Assembly: GCA_965153355.1 (NCBI GenBank)
Contig: OZ231126.1
Location: 14,942,001 to 15,006,000, forward strand
DNA: 64,000 nucleotides
Origin: Flaccisagitta enflata
Taxonomy: Eukaryota
Reading direction: 5' to 3'
Each line of letters opens with the position of its first letter. Position 1 is the stretch's first letter. The notes under the pieces are model-generated. The model worked only from the letters and a program-made list of their open reading frames with translations, had not been told where the DNA came from and ran no database searches. Shown one piece after another: positions 11,328 to 42,169 of the stretch. The translations under genes were made by a program, and so were the position numbers.

Positions 11328-13254
11328 TAGAAAGAAGAAAATAAAGAGAAGACGATTGAGAAAAAGAAGAGAAAATTTAAAACTGGAAATGGAAATGGAA
11401 AAGAAGAAGGAAAATCAAAATGAGATGAGTTACAAAAAGAATTTAGATAAGAAAAAAAATTGAAAAACGAAAAATTGAGAGGAAAAATCAAGCGAGAATC
11501 AAGCGAAGAATCAAGCGTAGAAACAAGAAAAGAAAAAACAAGGCCGGATACACGGCCAATACCAGTTGCGGACGGGTGGGCAGGGGCGGAAATGCACGAT
11601 ATCACGCAACTCGATCATCACGGACCAACGGACCGACAGACGGACCAACGGACCGACAGAGTTGCGTGTCCGCAACTAAAAAGAAAACAAGAGAGAGAGA
11701 AGAAGGGCATTTCCGCGCATGTTTGGACACTGGACAAATTGGTTGAAATGGTTTGACTCATGGGTTCTTTGGAAAAAAATGATCTTCCGTTCTAAAAATG
11801 GAACTTTGATTCGTAGTTCCGTAATAAGGCCCGTATAAATCGGCGGCCCGGCCGCCTCCTACTCATTCAGGACTCTCATGTTATTAAGTTAATCAACGCA
11901 ATGCACAAGAATTGGAAGATGAAGGAAATGAAGATGAGAAAAAGGCTCTGTGCTGCCTTTTACATTTTCATTCATCCCTTTTCTTGTCAATCTCATATGC
12001 CTCAGAAGGCCGGATAAACGGCTAGAGGCTACCCAAGTCACGTGCGGTTGGACTGGGTCAGTGATGCAATAGACCTTCGTCACCATTTAGGTCGAGGCAG
12101 TCGCAAAAAAAACGCGAAAAAGCAAAGTATTTCTAAGTTCTAACTGAAAATTCGACCGGCAATTTTCCGACATAGCTATAGAAACGCGTGCACGCGACTC
12201 AAAAGGTAGGGCTTGTATTGCCTGGTCAGTGAGGGTATACAAGGCCCTCTTCCATTCATTTCAGGTTGGGTGTAGTGAGGAATATTATTCCACTTGTCAT
12301 AAGACTTCAGCACTCAAGTAAGGGATATTGTCCCAGTCAAATTAGTCCCCATGATTCTTAATCCTACGGCCAAAATCTTACTTTATGGCCATCATGATTA
12401 CCATGCCTATCTATGAGCTCCTCCCATGAAGTTCTCGCCTCATGTCTTAGCGACATATGTTCAGATTTTTATACTTAGCAGCTTCGCGGCACAGACTTTT
12501 CTTAATACAGCTGCTGCTGCTGCCATCATAGTTGCTGCGAGTTTTAATCTTACGCAGCTTTGAGTTTGACGCCTTTCGAAAATCTATGACATGAAATCAT
12601 TTTGACTCTTTAATCCAAACGACAACAAAATGAGATGCAATTGAATGTTATAACTTCTGTCACTAAAAGTTGAATATCATTGGTGATAGAAGTTACCCCA
12701 GGAACTATAAAACGAGTGGATTCAATGCTCAGTTGTTACCATTTTCAATGCTCAGTTACCAAGCTCATCACCAATTTTCATTGCTCAGTTACAACGCACA
12801 TTTCTCATTTTCAACGATCAGTTGTTACCATCTTCATAACATTTGTTGCATCTTTCCTCCAAAATTAACTTGATTCCAAATTGTTGAATACCGAGTCAAT
12901 AAACGTCATGCTTGATTGTTGGGAATGTACATCCAGAGTGTTTCCATCGGTGTAACCGGACAAATGGAATACACAGAGTTAGAAAGAGATCATCAGAACC
13001 GCATTCCCACACTCATTACTCAGGGGCAGGGCTTTCCTTCAACAAATGGAAAACAGTAACTAAACAGAGGGATAACCGCATTCCCACACTCGTTTACTTA
13101 ACAGGGGCAGGGCTGGTTCTCCCTGGTTCTCCCACGCATCAAAACTGCGATTCCTGACATGTTTAGATTCATCCTTCCTGGCTCCTGCGCTCCTCTTTAA
13201 GTCTTAATCGAATCCCGTCTCTAATCAACCTTGAATGAATTCAGAATCGAGAGC

Positions 13255-13354
<100 letters not shown>

Positions 13355-14194
13355 CCTCGAGTGGGAACACGACTTTTAGATTATCCCCCCCAGTTTTTGC
13401 TTTTCCCAGTTGGAGCAACACATTCTCACCCATCCCTACTCTGGGGGAAGCCTCCTCTTCTTTCTCCTCTTCCCACCCTTCCGCCTCATTTTCATGTTCC
13501 ATTTCCTTAAAATACTTTCAGAACAGTCAACAGACAAATGCCGTTTTTCGGACATTTTTAGAGCTCTTCGGCGAATCTTCCTTTCGTGGTGTCCGGGAAA
13601 ACTGCACAGATGTACGAATTTTCTACGAATCTTCAATCTTTTAATTTATATGTGGTTGCGATGGTGTGTTTTTTTTTCTTTTTCATTTTCTAATTTTAGC
13701 ATGAAGGAGCTTATATTTTCAAACTTCCTAGTGTCCCTTCATTCGCATCTTCTTCCGTTCATCTAGTTGCTTCCTTCCCCCCCCCCTCCCTTGTTTCCAT
13801 GGAAATCTTGTTCCCTTTGTCATCTTTTAAATTGAAGAAGAGAACGATTTTTGTTGACAAAATTGAATGGCACATAAAAGGAACTTGTCATGGACCTAGA
13901 ATTGCACAGACGAAAAATCAGATTTTCAGCTTCATATATAGCTATTTGCACGAGGTAAAATCATTTCTGTAATGTTTCAACAAAAACATGGAACAATTCA
14001 TTCACGGAAAATGTATCAGAACCTTCGTTTTGGTCAACGAAGCAGTAACAATAATGAAAACATCATAACAAATGGCAGTTAATGATTGACGATTGGTCAA
14101 AACATGGGTGACAACTGGAGAAGCGCAACAATACATGGAAATTTTAACTACAAATCATAAATGGAAATTGTTCAAAATGATATATCACCTCTTG

Positions 14195-29956
<15,762 letters not shown>

Positions 29957-30139
29957 TTTGTAGGTTTTGTAGTCTGTAGTAGAGTTCAGAAAAGTTAGAG
30001 CAATACTAAAGTAGTTTGACTAATTTGGTTGGGGAAGGGTAGAAGCCACACACGATCAATTTTTTAGGTCACGTGCTACGCGACTCTACACCCCGCGTTG
30101 TCCGTCCGTCGGTTGTTTAGTCGGTCGGTTGGTCGATCG

Positions 30140-30470
30140 GTCCAAGTAACAGATAGACCAAGTAACAAGATAGACCAGGTAACAAGATAGACCAAGTAAC
30201 AAGATAGACCAAGAAACAATATAGACCAAGTAACAAGATAGACCAAGTAACAAGATAGACCAAGTAACAAGATAGACCAAGTAACAAGATAGACCAAGTA
30301 ACAAGATAGACCAGGTAACAAGATAGACCAGGTGACAAGATAGACCAGGTAACAAGATAGACCAAGTAACAAGATAGACCAAGTTACAAGATAGACCAAG
30401 TAAAAAGATAGACCAAGTAACAAGATAGACTAAGTGACAAGATAAACCAAGCAACAAGATAGACCAAGCA
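30140..30470. repeat. 17-bp minisatellite (gtaacaagatagaccaa)n attached to a HINE-like head
   Basis: About 19 copies read directly; the 17-aa periodicity of the ORF track agrees. Confidence 0.92.
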
Positions 30471-31369
30471 ACGATAGTTATAGTCGTGATCTTGTACACA
30501 TTCCCGTTTTTCACCAAAGACGTTTTTACGTGAGGATTCCACAAACCTGATGTCAAAGAAGCTGTAGAAAAACGATGTCTCCGAAATTGCTCGACGTTCA
30601 ACCGAAAGATATTCAAATTCCCTTTCCAGTATTTGAGAAGTGGCTATGAAATAAAAATATCGAATTTTATTTCAGTAGTCCATTCAAAGGAGCAGAAAAA
30701 AAAAATTCCAAAACATGATTACGATCCAATGCTGGGTCTTCGTGTAATGGATACCTTCGACAAGCGATCACCGAGGCCATTTCGTGGCCAATATACGGGC
30801 AAAAAAAGAATCGAACTGAGTGAACTTTTTAGGTGCGACAAAGCACCTCTATAATTGGCTGTGTCCGTTGGTCGGTCAGTTGGTTACGCATTCGTTCGAC
30901 GATCCACACCGTCGCACCTATTGGCCTACTTGGCCTTGTTTTTTTCATCTTTTCCTTGGATTATATGGACTCTGGGAAAAATTATTCTCGGTTTCCCTCG
31001 TAAAAAAAAAAGATATTGAGAGACCAGGTTAGATTGATCTCGTTTCCAAAGCCAAGGAGGAATTACACATAAAACCGTGTTTTAGTTTGCTTTTTTTTTT
31101 TTTTTTTTGGAAAGGACAAAATTTGGGCGAGTGTGGGAAGGCGAGGTGGGAAAGCGAATCGGGACGGCATAGGGATAAAAGATTAGGATATTTTTCTAGC
31201 TTTAAGATTTTTAAGTTTTAGGACAAGTGCAAGTGCAACAAAATAATATTTCTTTTTTTCAAATCGGAGAGACGGGACGCTGCCCTGAAAGTCTGGAACC
31301 TGTTATTCAAATAATCCATGAAAGAATGTGAGGACATGACAAGAAACTTGTTCCTGATTTGGGTTTTGT

Positions 31370-31461
<92 letters not shown>

Positions 31462-31755
31462 AACTATGCATGTGCGATTATACTTTTTGTTGTCTTTATG
31501 CCTTTTCCCGTAACAGTAAATCTCCGTCATGTCATACTCATTGAGACTTTAGTTCTTAGGCTTACATAAACAAAGATAGCCTACTTCCATGAACAAAGAT
31601 AGCCTACTTCCTAAGATATCAATCATGTGATAAATGGTTGAGTCTTGATTACTTATATGATGTTCATCGCAGACGTAATTCTGATCCGTCCTTCTGAAAT
31701 TGATGTGACTGCCTATTATCGACCAATCGTCAATTGGTGATTGGCGATTGATGAT

Positions 31756-32014
31756 TACGCCGAATCATGAACACTCAATTTTCGATTATTAGGGCGACAA
31801 TGGGCTGAATTTGTTGATTCTTAAACGAAAAACATTCCCTGAAAGTTTCAGCGCCTTAAAAAATCGGAACCAAAAAGCATATTACACTTGAAATTTTGGG
31901 AAATGAAGGAAACAATGTAGGGAATGGTTCATTGTAAATCTTGGTTTAAGGACTGTTTGTGTGTATTTTCGTTGGTGTTTGTGTTTGTGTGTGCGTGTGT
32001 GTGTGAGTGTGTGC

Positions 32015-32097
<83 letters not shown>

Positions 32098-32159
32098 TGC
32101 ATTGAATGTGTCATTATTTAGAAGCCTCAAATCAGCCTTCCTAAGCACTTAATCAGTTT

Positions 32160-32249
<90 letters not shown>

Positions 32250-34860
32250 TGTGTGTGTGTGTGTATGTGTGTGTTCTCATTGGTGCCTTTGAGTGTGTCA
32301 TTATTTAAAAGCCTCAAATCAGCCCTCCTGAAATCTGCCCTCTCGGGCATTGAAGGGCCTGAAGGGGTGGATTTTAGGCCTGAGAGGGCAGATTTCAGGC
32401 CTGCGAGGGCCTGGGGGGGGCGGAGGGACAGACAGGCAGACAAACGAATGAATGAAAGGCCCCTGTGTTCTACAGGACTTTGTCCCCTTTGGGGCCGCTG
32501 CCCTGCCTCTCATTCTAATTTACAACCATGCAAAGCAGGGAAATGGGTATCGCTGACCACGTATTTTGTTTGGGCGACCTGTTGAGACCTGCAGAGCTTT
32601 TTGGATTTACCTTTTGACCTTCGCTTTCACATATATGGGGATTTTTTTCACCTTTTGGGCAGCAGCTCCAAAGGGGACAATTCCTGTCAAACACAGGGGA
32701 CTTTTGTTGGTTTGCCCGTTTGTTTGTGTGTTTGTTCATACCCCCATGCCGCCTCAAGCCTGAAACCTGCCCTCTCAGGCCTGAAGTTGGCCCTCTCAAG
32801 CCTTGAATCTGCCCTCTCCAGCCCAAAATCTGACCTCCAAGGCCCAAAATCTGTCCTCTCAGATTCAAGGCCTGCCCTCTCCAGCCTGAAATCTAACCTC
32901 TCAGGCCCTAAATTTGCCCTCTCTGATTCAAGGCCTGAGAGGGTAGATTTCAGGCCAGAGGGGGAAGATTTTAGGCCTGAGAGGGCAGATTTTAGGCCTG
33001 AGAGGGTCTGGGGGGACGGACAGACAAACAAATGAACAAACAGACAAACAAAAGTCCTTTGTGTTCTGCAGGACTTTGTCCCCTTTGGGGCCGCTACCCC
33101 ACAGTCCATCAAATCCCACCCTGATGGGAAAAAAACACCTAACGCCACTTTATCCCACTCCACCCACCTACACAGTCCATCAAATCCCACCCTGATGGGA
33201 AAAAAACACCTAACGCCACTTTATCCCACTCCACCTACCTACACAGTCCATCAAATCCCACCCTGATGGAAAAAAACTAACACCACTTTATCCCACCCAC
33301 CTACACAGTCCATCAAATCCCACCCCGATGGGAAAAAACACCTAACGCCACTTTATCCCACTCCACCTACCTACACAGTCCATCAAATCCCACCCTGATG
33401 GAAAAAAACACCTAACACCACTTTATCCCACTCCACCCACCTACACAGTCCATCAAATCCCACCCTGATGGGAAAAAAACACCTAACGCCACTTTATCCC
33501 ACTCCACCCACCTACACAGTCCATCAAATCCCACCCTGATGGGAAAAAAACACCTAACGCCACTTTATCCCACTCCACCCACCTACACAGTCCATCAAAT
33601 CCCACCCTGATGGGAAAAAAACACCTAACGCCACTTTATCCCACTCCACCCACCTACACAGTCCATCAAATCCCACCCTGATGGTAAAAAAACACCAAAC
33701 GCCACTTTATCCCACTCCACCTACCTACACAGTCCATCAAATCCCACCCTGATGGGAAAAAAACACCTAACGCCACTTTATCCCACTCCAACCACCTATA
33801 CCCTGCTCCCCCTTTAGGGCCACTACACTGTTTTCCCTCCAATTCATAATCAACCAAGCAGGGTAACAGGTATAACTGACCATATTGCCCTTGGGCGACC
33901 TGTTCACTAGTCTTCTTTGGCCACCAATCTGCCTTCACTAAGCTCTCAGCAGCCCTAATATCAGCCATTAGAAGTCTCTCCAGCCTTAAGAAGCTCCAAG
34001 ACTAGAAATCCACCCTCTCAAACCTCAAAGTAGCTTTTTGGGCAGCGCACTCAAAGGGCCGATGTCCTGTAGAACACAGGGGGGATTTTCCAGACGGCCT
34101 TCCTTCCAACCTTGCGTCCTTCCATCCGTCCGCAAATTTGCCCTTCCAGCCCTCAACTTAGCCCTCCAGGCCCCAAATCAGCCTTCCATGCTTCAAATCA
34201 GCCACCCCCACCTCAAATATGGCCTCCAAACCTCAAATCTGCCCTCCAGACCTTCAATTAGTCCTCCAAGCAACAAATCAGCCCTCCATGGCTCAAATTT
34301 GTTCTCCACACCTCAAATCTGGTCTCCAAGCCTTAATTCTACCCTCTAGCCTTCAAATATGCCTTCAAGGCCTAAATCAGTCATCTAAGGCCTGAAATAT
34401 GTCCCCTCAGGACGTCTGGATATTCCCCCGGTGTTCTACAGGACATTGGCTCCTGGGGACTGAGAGGGCAGATTTTAAGCCAGAGAGGGTCTGGGGGGAC
34501 GGACAGACAGACAACTGAACAAACAGACAAACAAAAGTCCTTGATTGGAGGCCTTGGTCTGGATAGGAGCGTTCTAAAGGTGTAAGAGAACTGATCTCGA
34601 GATTGAAAGAACTGATTTCAGGCCTATGGGGGTTATTTCAAAAACTGTAAGAGCTGATTTCAGGCATAAGCAGGTTGAATAAGGGTAAGCCAGGGGGGAC
34701 AGATAGATTTACAGAAGTATGAAAATTCAACCCCCCCCCCATGTCCTAGAGAATATCCAGACCTATAGAGATTTGGGGTTTGGAGGTACCAAAGAGTTGC
34801 AATTCTTGAAAGGTCTGATTTGAGGTTTGACAGGGACACACCTAGTACAAACACAAACAA

Positions 34861-34939
<79 letters not shown>

Positions 34940-35136
34940 AAGCCAACTGAAAAAAAAACTAGAAAAGATAACTCTCATATTTGCCATATTTTTTAGAATT
35001 TCAAACCCAATATGCTTTTTGGTCTAGTTCATTATGGACAATAAAATTTTCAGGGAATGTTATACTAACAAGAATCAACAAATTTAGCCCATTGTCGCCA
35101 TCCTAATCGAAAATTGAGTGTTCTTGAATCGGCGTA
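31756..35136. mobile_element. Long-TIR (foldback/MULE- or hAT-like) element filled with family B repeats
   Basis: tacgccgaatcatgaacactcaattttcgatt... versus ...aatcgaaaattgagtgttcttgaatcggcgta; flanked by direct repeat ttgatgat (8 bp) or attgatgatt (10 bp); (TG)n in the left arm mirrors (CA)n in the right arm. Confidence 0.78.
33100..33800. repeat. ~70-bp tandem satellite, about 10 copies
   Basis: Unit acagtccatcaaatcccaccctgatgggaaaaaaacacctaacgccactttatcccactccacccacctac; near-identical copies embedded in a family B element. Confidence 0.95.
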
Positions 35137-35914
35137 TTGATGATTGATCATTTAACCAACCTGGTCAGTGGTCACTCAATTGACCTGTGGTATTGATTCT
35201 CTCCATCCCATTGTGATTCAAAAGACTGGGACGACGCGTGCCGTCGCTCCTCGACCTCGAAATCAACCTCGAATCGGGCAGATCCAAGCAAGGCCAAGTT
35301 AAAACCATTGAGTGCGCCTCGCTCTTGAAGAATATGCAAATGAACGTTATAAATGTATGATTGAATGAATGAATGAATGAATGAATGAATGAATGAATGA
35401 ATGAATGAATGAATGAATGAATGAATCAATCAATGAATGAATCAATGAATGAATCAATGAATGAATAAATGAATGAATGAATCAATGAATGAATCAATGA
35501 TTGAATGAATGAAAGACATCGACATCAGCTGATATTTGTAGCGGACACGCAACTCATAAGAGACTATGTCTGTTGGTCTGTTGGTTCGTTGGTCCACCCA
35601 TCACGCTCGAGTTGAAAACGCGCTTTTATGATGCTGCAGTTGTTATATTGTGTGTTTGAGTGTGTGTTTGGTAGAGGGGCTGTGGTGGGTTTGGGGTGAG
35701 GCTGGGGGTTGGATGCCCCTACCCACCCGTCCGCAACGATATTGTGACCCCGCGTCACTTGTTCTCAAATTAAACGTTTGCGTGACCAACCGACCAACCA
35801 CCTGACGGACATGACCTCTTCTAGATGCGCACATAAAGAAGTAGAGGAGTCTTGTCAGCATAGTCAACCACCTAAAGAGAGAATATTGAGAAACAAAGTT
35901 CAGGCTGCATATTC

Positions 35915-36375
35915 TTAGTCGCGTGAACGCGACTCTAGAAGCCGCTATGTTGGTCTGTCGGTCGGTCTGTCAGTCGGTTTGTAACTTTTTTGAAATAAGG
36001 CCTAAATCCTCATTTTAAAGGTACTTTAAGGTACTTTAGGGTACTTTAAGGTACTTTAGGGTACTTTGGGGGACTTTGGGGTACTATAAGTATCTAAGAG
36101 TACTATAGGTTACTTAAGGTACTTTTGGGTACTTTAGGGTACATTTTGTACTTAAGGGTACTCTAGGGTACTTAAGGTACTTTAGGGTCGTTTAGCGTAC
36201 TTAGGGGTACTATAGGGTACTTAACATACTTAAGGTACCTTTACTTTTATCACCTTTACCTTTGTTACCTTTACTTTTAATACCTTAATTACCTTTATTA
36301 CCTTTATTACCTTTTTTACATTTATTACCTTAATTACCTTTATTACCACGCGACTAAGGTTTGTTGACCTTGTTT
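35915..36375 (+). mobile_element. HINE-like element with (ggtactttaa)n / (ttaccttta)n arrays
   Basis: agtcgcgtgaacgcgact head, (GTCG/GTCT)n, short tandem arrays, cacgcgact...ccttgttttt tail. Confidence 0.6.
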
Positions 36376-36693
36376 TTCCTTTGTGTCAATTGTAAAGGTC
36401 CGTAACAAACCAATTAATGTAACTCTTGATTCCGTCTAGTAAGGTTTTGATTAAAATCAACTTAAATTGAATGAATGATGGGAATAAAAGGACTTGATGA
36501 GAAGAATGAGGCGGACTCTTGCTCTATCATCAGATGTTGAGATATGGTCGTTCAAAAGAGACCTGCATTTGATCGCTTGCAATAACCGCGATAAAGACAG
36601 AAAAAGACGAAATCGAATTCCATCGCCTTTTTTCTCTTATCGCATCTCAGAATGAATGAATAAATAATGGGTCTGATCTGATCTTATCGCTCT

Positions 36694-36821
<128 letters not shown>

Positions 36822-37049
36822 GTTAGAATCAAGATTGTTGATCTTGAAATTGCATTGTTGGTGCTAACTGTTTTAGAGTAAGAGTTCATGCAGTTCATGT
36901 ACGGTTCAGCCTGTTATGTTCGTCGGTCCGTCAATCCTGTGTCTATCCGGAGATTTGTTTCCATTGAGGTCGATGTTCGTTTGTATTTGGTTTGTTTGTT
37001 TTTTTCTTTGTGTGTGTGTGTGTGTGTATGTGTGTGTTCGTGCGTGTAT

Positions 37050-37120
<71 letters not shown>

Positions 37121-37123
<3 letters not shown>

Positions 37124-38508
37124 CGGCGTAGGGCAGGAAAAAGGGCAGGGGCGTCAGGCCCCAATCTGTGTCCGACTCAATACTGTGTCCGACTTACTAT
37201 TTTATTGCTTTTATTCATATAACAGTTAAAAAAGTGGGTAAATAACATGTAGTATAATCGTTGCAGGGGAGGGGTGCAAGTTTCAATACAGAGGAAGAAA
37301 ACAGATGAGATATCACTTGATGGTTTTGATAAAGAAAATCATGGAAAAAAAAAGAAAAAAAAAAGAGAAAGTTTAAAAAATGAAAAAATAATTTGCTAGG
37401 ATAAAAGAAATTAAAAAAAATAGATTGAGGATAATAAAAAGTTTCATCATGTGAAAAAAATTCATCAGATAAAAAAATATTTACAAAAAAAATATAAAAA
37501 GTTGAAAAATTCTAAGAGATGAAAAAAAAATATAAATGAAAAAAAATTGAATAAAATTCTTTTAAAAATTTTTAAATGTTTTAATAATTAAGATTATTTA
37601 CTGATCTTAGACTGCGTGCCTCCCCTGGCCATATTTCCCTAAGGGAAATCTATCTCAGTAACATTCATTTCTACTCATTTTATTGTATTTTTTAGCATCT
37701 ATTTAAAACTGTCTTTGTTACTACAGTGACTCAAATCTGTTACTTCTACACTCTTTTATTTTGACTAAGAACCTTGTTTATAAGAACATTGAGGCTCAGA
37801 TATAAAAAAAAATAAGAACAATCTGAAGAACATCATCAGCCTCAAAATGTGAGAAAGTAAAAACATTCATACAAAAAAATTGTGGAACTGATATTGTTTA
37901 TTTGTGATATGTAAGTGACTTCACTCTTCAAAATTTGATTTGTTTATAATCAATATTTTGGTTCTCAAATCCTTTCAATTGACAATCAGAGTTAGGTACT
38001 AGATAAAAGAACATTCCTGTATGTGCTAGCAATTGGAAAAATAATAACATCTTAAGAACAGTTTGAGCCTCAAATTGCGGTAAAAATAAGAACACTGAGC
38101 CTCAGAAAAAAATAACATAAGAAAAAAAAGTGTAGTGCCGGCACAGTTTCTCAGGTTCAACGGGACAAAACGACCATACTTTCTTTCCCACTTTCTTTCC
38201 TCTCCCATTTCTTCCTTCTTTCTTTCTCTCATTCTTTTTATTTTTCTTTTTTTTTTTCTATCTTTATTTTTCTTTCTATCTTTATTTCTCTCTTTTTCTT
38301 TTTTTTTCTTTCTTTCTTTCTTTCTTTCTTTTCCTGTCAAACTTTTTTTTCAGTCCCTTTTTTTTCTCTTTTTCAGCCTCTTTTCCTTTATTTTTTTTTT
38401 TATTTTTTTAGCAATTGTATCAGACTGCCATCTGTGTCGGACTGCCATCTGTGTCCGACTGTAGGGGCGTCAGCTGACGCCCCTGACGCCCCTCCTCCTA
38501 CGCCGCTG
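37121..38508. mobile_element. Non-autonomous hAT-type element inserted in a (TG)n microsatellite
   Basis: TIR cagcggcgtagg / cctacgccgctg; subterminal ggggcgtcag and tgtgtccgact repeats at both ends; TG repeat on both flanks. Confidence 0.82.
37749..38132. mobile_element. TA-flanked MITE nested in the hAT element
   Basis: ta|cactcttttattt ... aaaaaaagtg|ta with internal taagaaca / tgaggct motifs shared with 40058-40770 and ~49388-49546. Confidence 0.65.
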
Positions 38509-38539
38509 TGTGTGTGTGTGTTGATAGGTGGAACAATAT

Positions 38540-38634
<95 letters not shown>

Positions 38635-39268
38635 CGTGTGTGTGTGCGTGTGTGGATGTTTGTGTGAATTTGCTTATGCGTAACACTTTGATTTAAAATC
38701 AACTAGGCCAGATATACGGCCAATAAGTAGTCGCTTGCAGGCGGACTGGGGCAACAATGCTGGTGGGCAGGAGTAGTATGTGGGCGGGCGGGAACTGTTA
38801 TGGTTGGGTAGGAGCAACAAATGTTTAGAAAACACCATTCCGGTCGATTTCGCGTCATCCAAAACTTCGCATTAGCAACTCCCTCTTTAGAGTCGCTTAC
38901 AAAGCGACTAAAAACACAAATATTTAAATCGTAATTGATACGTAATTGATACGTAATTGATACGTAATATTTGTCCAAATGCATGAAACCATGCGCATAA
39001 CACAACTTATCTAACATGTTTACACCGCCTCATGGCCCCAAGAAGCTCACTCACTGCCCCTCCCTCTTCTAAAAATCCATAACATGTTAAAATGAGTTGA
39101 GACCTCCGCATCATCAAACCCTCCTTTTTGGTTCGTTCTTATCATCTTTGGAAAATCAAGAAATGGTTCGTGACTAAAACGAGGCCTTCGACTTTTAATG
39201 AATGCGAGGAAATGCAAAAACAGGCTGCAAGGCCGACAAATGCCTGCAAGCGGGGTTTTCTCTCTCTG

Positions 39269-39369
<101 letters not shown>

Positions 39370-39705
39370 GCAAGGTTCTTTTCATATTTCATGGATTTGC
39401 AACGATCAATCTCATTCGCTATCTTTGTCTCTTTCTTTAATTTTCTCGTCGCTTTCTTTGTCTCTTCTTCTTCTCATTGGCTGTTCTTGTTTATTCCTCC
39501 TCATTTCTCGACGGCCTTTGTCTCTCATCTCTAATTTCTCACTCGTTATCTTTTTCTCCCTTCTCATCGTTTGACTTAAAACGTCCCCAAGGAGTGACGC
39601 CTCACTATCTGTCTATCTGTCATTATGTTTTTGTCTGTCCCCCCTTTGTACGTCTTCGTCCTTTCTTTTTTCTATCCCGCCGTCTCTCTCTCAGTCTCTC
39701 TCTCT

Positions 39706-39891
<186 letters not shown>

Positions 39892-40057
39892 CCCTATCTG
39901 TCTGTTTCTGTCTATATTTGTCTCTGTATGTCTCTGTCTATCTTTCTTCTGTCATCTGAGTTAGGCACGTAACGCGTACCCTCGCTACGCGCTAGGGGGC
40001 CCCCTTTTGTTATTTTCATAACGAAAATCGAAAAAGACATAATCTTGAGTGCAAATA

Positions 40058-40770
40058 CACTCATTTTTTTTTATAAGCACCTCGTTTATAAGCACGCCCA
40101 GCTTCAGATATTGGGAAAATTTAAACACATTGCTAAGCACGCTCCACGCTGGGATTTCTGATTAAAAAAAAATGTTGTGAATTTCCAAAAATATGTCATT
40201 TTTTAGACATTTTTGGTTGAAATTTCACAAAAACCACTAGAAGCTTTGATAGAAATTAAAATCATCTATAATATCAATCTGTCAGTACATTCAGGATTTT
40301 GGTACTGATAGAAAAAAAATGAATTTCTAATAATATTTAAGAATATTATTGCTTAGATGTTATTGTTATAAAACTTTAACGCTGCAACAAGGACCACCAA
40401 AAAAAAATAATATCATAATATTAAGTAACACTAAAAATCTAAAAACATATATATCAAATCAACATACTAATCTCATCCCATGATTTATATGGAAATAGGA
40501 CAATGTCAGTAAAAAATATTGTATACTTTTTTTTATCAAAATGTATTTATTACTGTATTTTATACTATACTTTATTCTATACTATGCAATACTCAATGCT
40601 ATACTGTTTTCTTTACCCAACTGTGTACTTTGTTTTATACTGAATTGGACAATTACTACTGATAAATCATAAGCAAGCATTTAAGCACATTTCAGCCTCG
40701 AAAATGAGATTTTGCTAAGCACACTCAGCCTCAGCCAAAAAAAGTGCGTGCTTATATAAAAAAAAAAGTG
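40058..40770. mobile_element. TA-flanked AT-rich MITE
   Basis: ta|cactcattttttttttataagcac ... gtgcttatataaaaaaaaaaagtg|ta; repeated taagcac motifs near both ends. Confidence 0.75.
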
Positions 40771-41000
40771 TATTCTTCTTTTTTTTTCTTGACGAAAGCA
40801 AGAAAGAAGCACGTTTCCACTTTTCAGGCCATGAACACATTACCTAATGGTATCTGATACAATGATACATGTAGACCATCTATTCATGGCCTACTTGCCC
40901 CATCGCGTATAGCCACCCAACTGAGACAGAAACAGAGAGACACGAAGACAGCGCAAACTTAACGAGAGAGACAGTAAGACAATGCATACAGAAAGAGAGA

Positions 41001-42169
41001 ACCAAGTTCAGAGACATTCCGCGCTTCAATCTTGGTTCTATAAAAGAAAAATTTAGAAATAACTGTAAAACTCTTATAAGTAAAATTTCTAAAAAATTTA
41101 AAATCCCTCATTCAGCATTAAAACTATGGAAAAAATGTATCATTTCTAATTTTGATGAAAAATTACAATCAATTGCTAAAAATATAAGATTTAATGTACC
41201 CACATTAAGCAAAAGATCATGTTTGAATGAATTAAAGAGGTTACAAGAAAAATTCATCATTACCGTAGTTGACAAAGCAGCCGGCAACTATGCTTTTACT
41301 TGTAAAAAATTTTACTTCTTAAAATTAGCTGAAGAATTAGGCTTAAACAACCCAACACCGGGTAATGAAACTTATTTATTTTGCCCTGATAGTGAACAAG
41401 ATGTTTGCGATAGACTAAAAAATGATCTTTTAAGATTCTCAATCACTCCCCCTAGCTCACAGCTCAACCTAGCTGTTCTATATCAAACTCCTAAATTTCA
41501 TAAAAACCCACCAAAAATGAGATATATCGCCGGTAATGTGAATACTGTAACTTCCATGCTAGATGATAAAGTAGCCAAGATCCTGAAGATGTGCAAATCA
41601 CACTTTCGAAACCTCTGTAAAGTTTATGAGAGCTACTCTGGTATAAAATACTGCTTTGATGTCGAGACTAGCACTGAAGTGAAGGATATGTTTGATAGTG
41701 CGTACGGTTCAGTTACTTCCATCTCCATTAATGATTTCTCCACACTATACACTTTGTTTGATCATGATCATCTGCTTTCCAACATCCGATGGCTGCTTGA
41801 CACTTTGAGTAAAAATAGTGGTAAGAGTTGTATCAAGATTGATTATGATAAGGCACGTTGGGTTTCCAATGCTAGTGACTCAGATTCTTACACAGTTGGT
41901 GAGGTTTTGGATATGGTTTCTTTCTTGGTTAAAGAAACTTATATAAAGGATTTTGGTCACATCTGTCAGCAAGTTAAAGGTATTATCATGGGTGGCAAAA
42001 TTTCAGGTTGGCTCTCTGACTGCTCTCTGATGGTTGATGAATTTCGCTACATTAAATCTAAGGTCTCCTCTGGTTTAAGGGAAGATGCTAGCAAGCTTAA
42101 GTTCTTCAGACGTTATAGAGATGATTGCACTACCCTTAACTGTCCCAACTTCATTGATATTGCCAAAGA
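41001..42169 (+). CDS. PLE reverse transcriptase, N-terminal part
   Basis: KFRD.P, VDKAAGNYAFTCKKFY, LYQTPKFHKNPPKMRYIA, NDFSTLYT, QQVKGIIMG, RYRDD motifs; frame is open from ~41001. Confidence 0.9.

Noticed and set aside
33100-33800. CRISPR-like or hammerhead-bearing array
   Set aside because: Units are wholly repeated with no unique spacers, the context is eukaryotic, and CTGATG lacks the rest of the hammerhead core.
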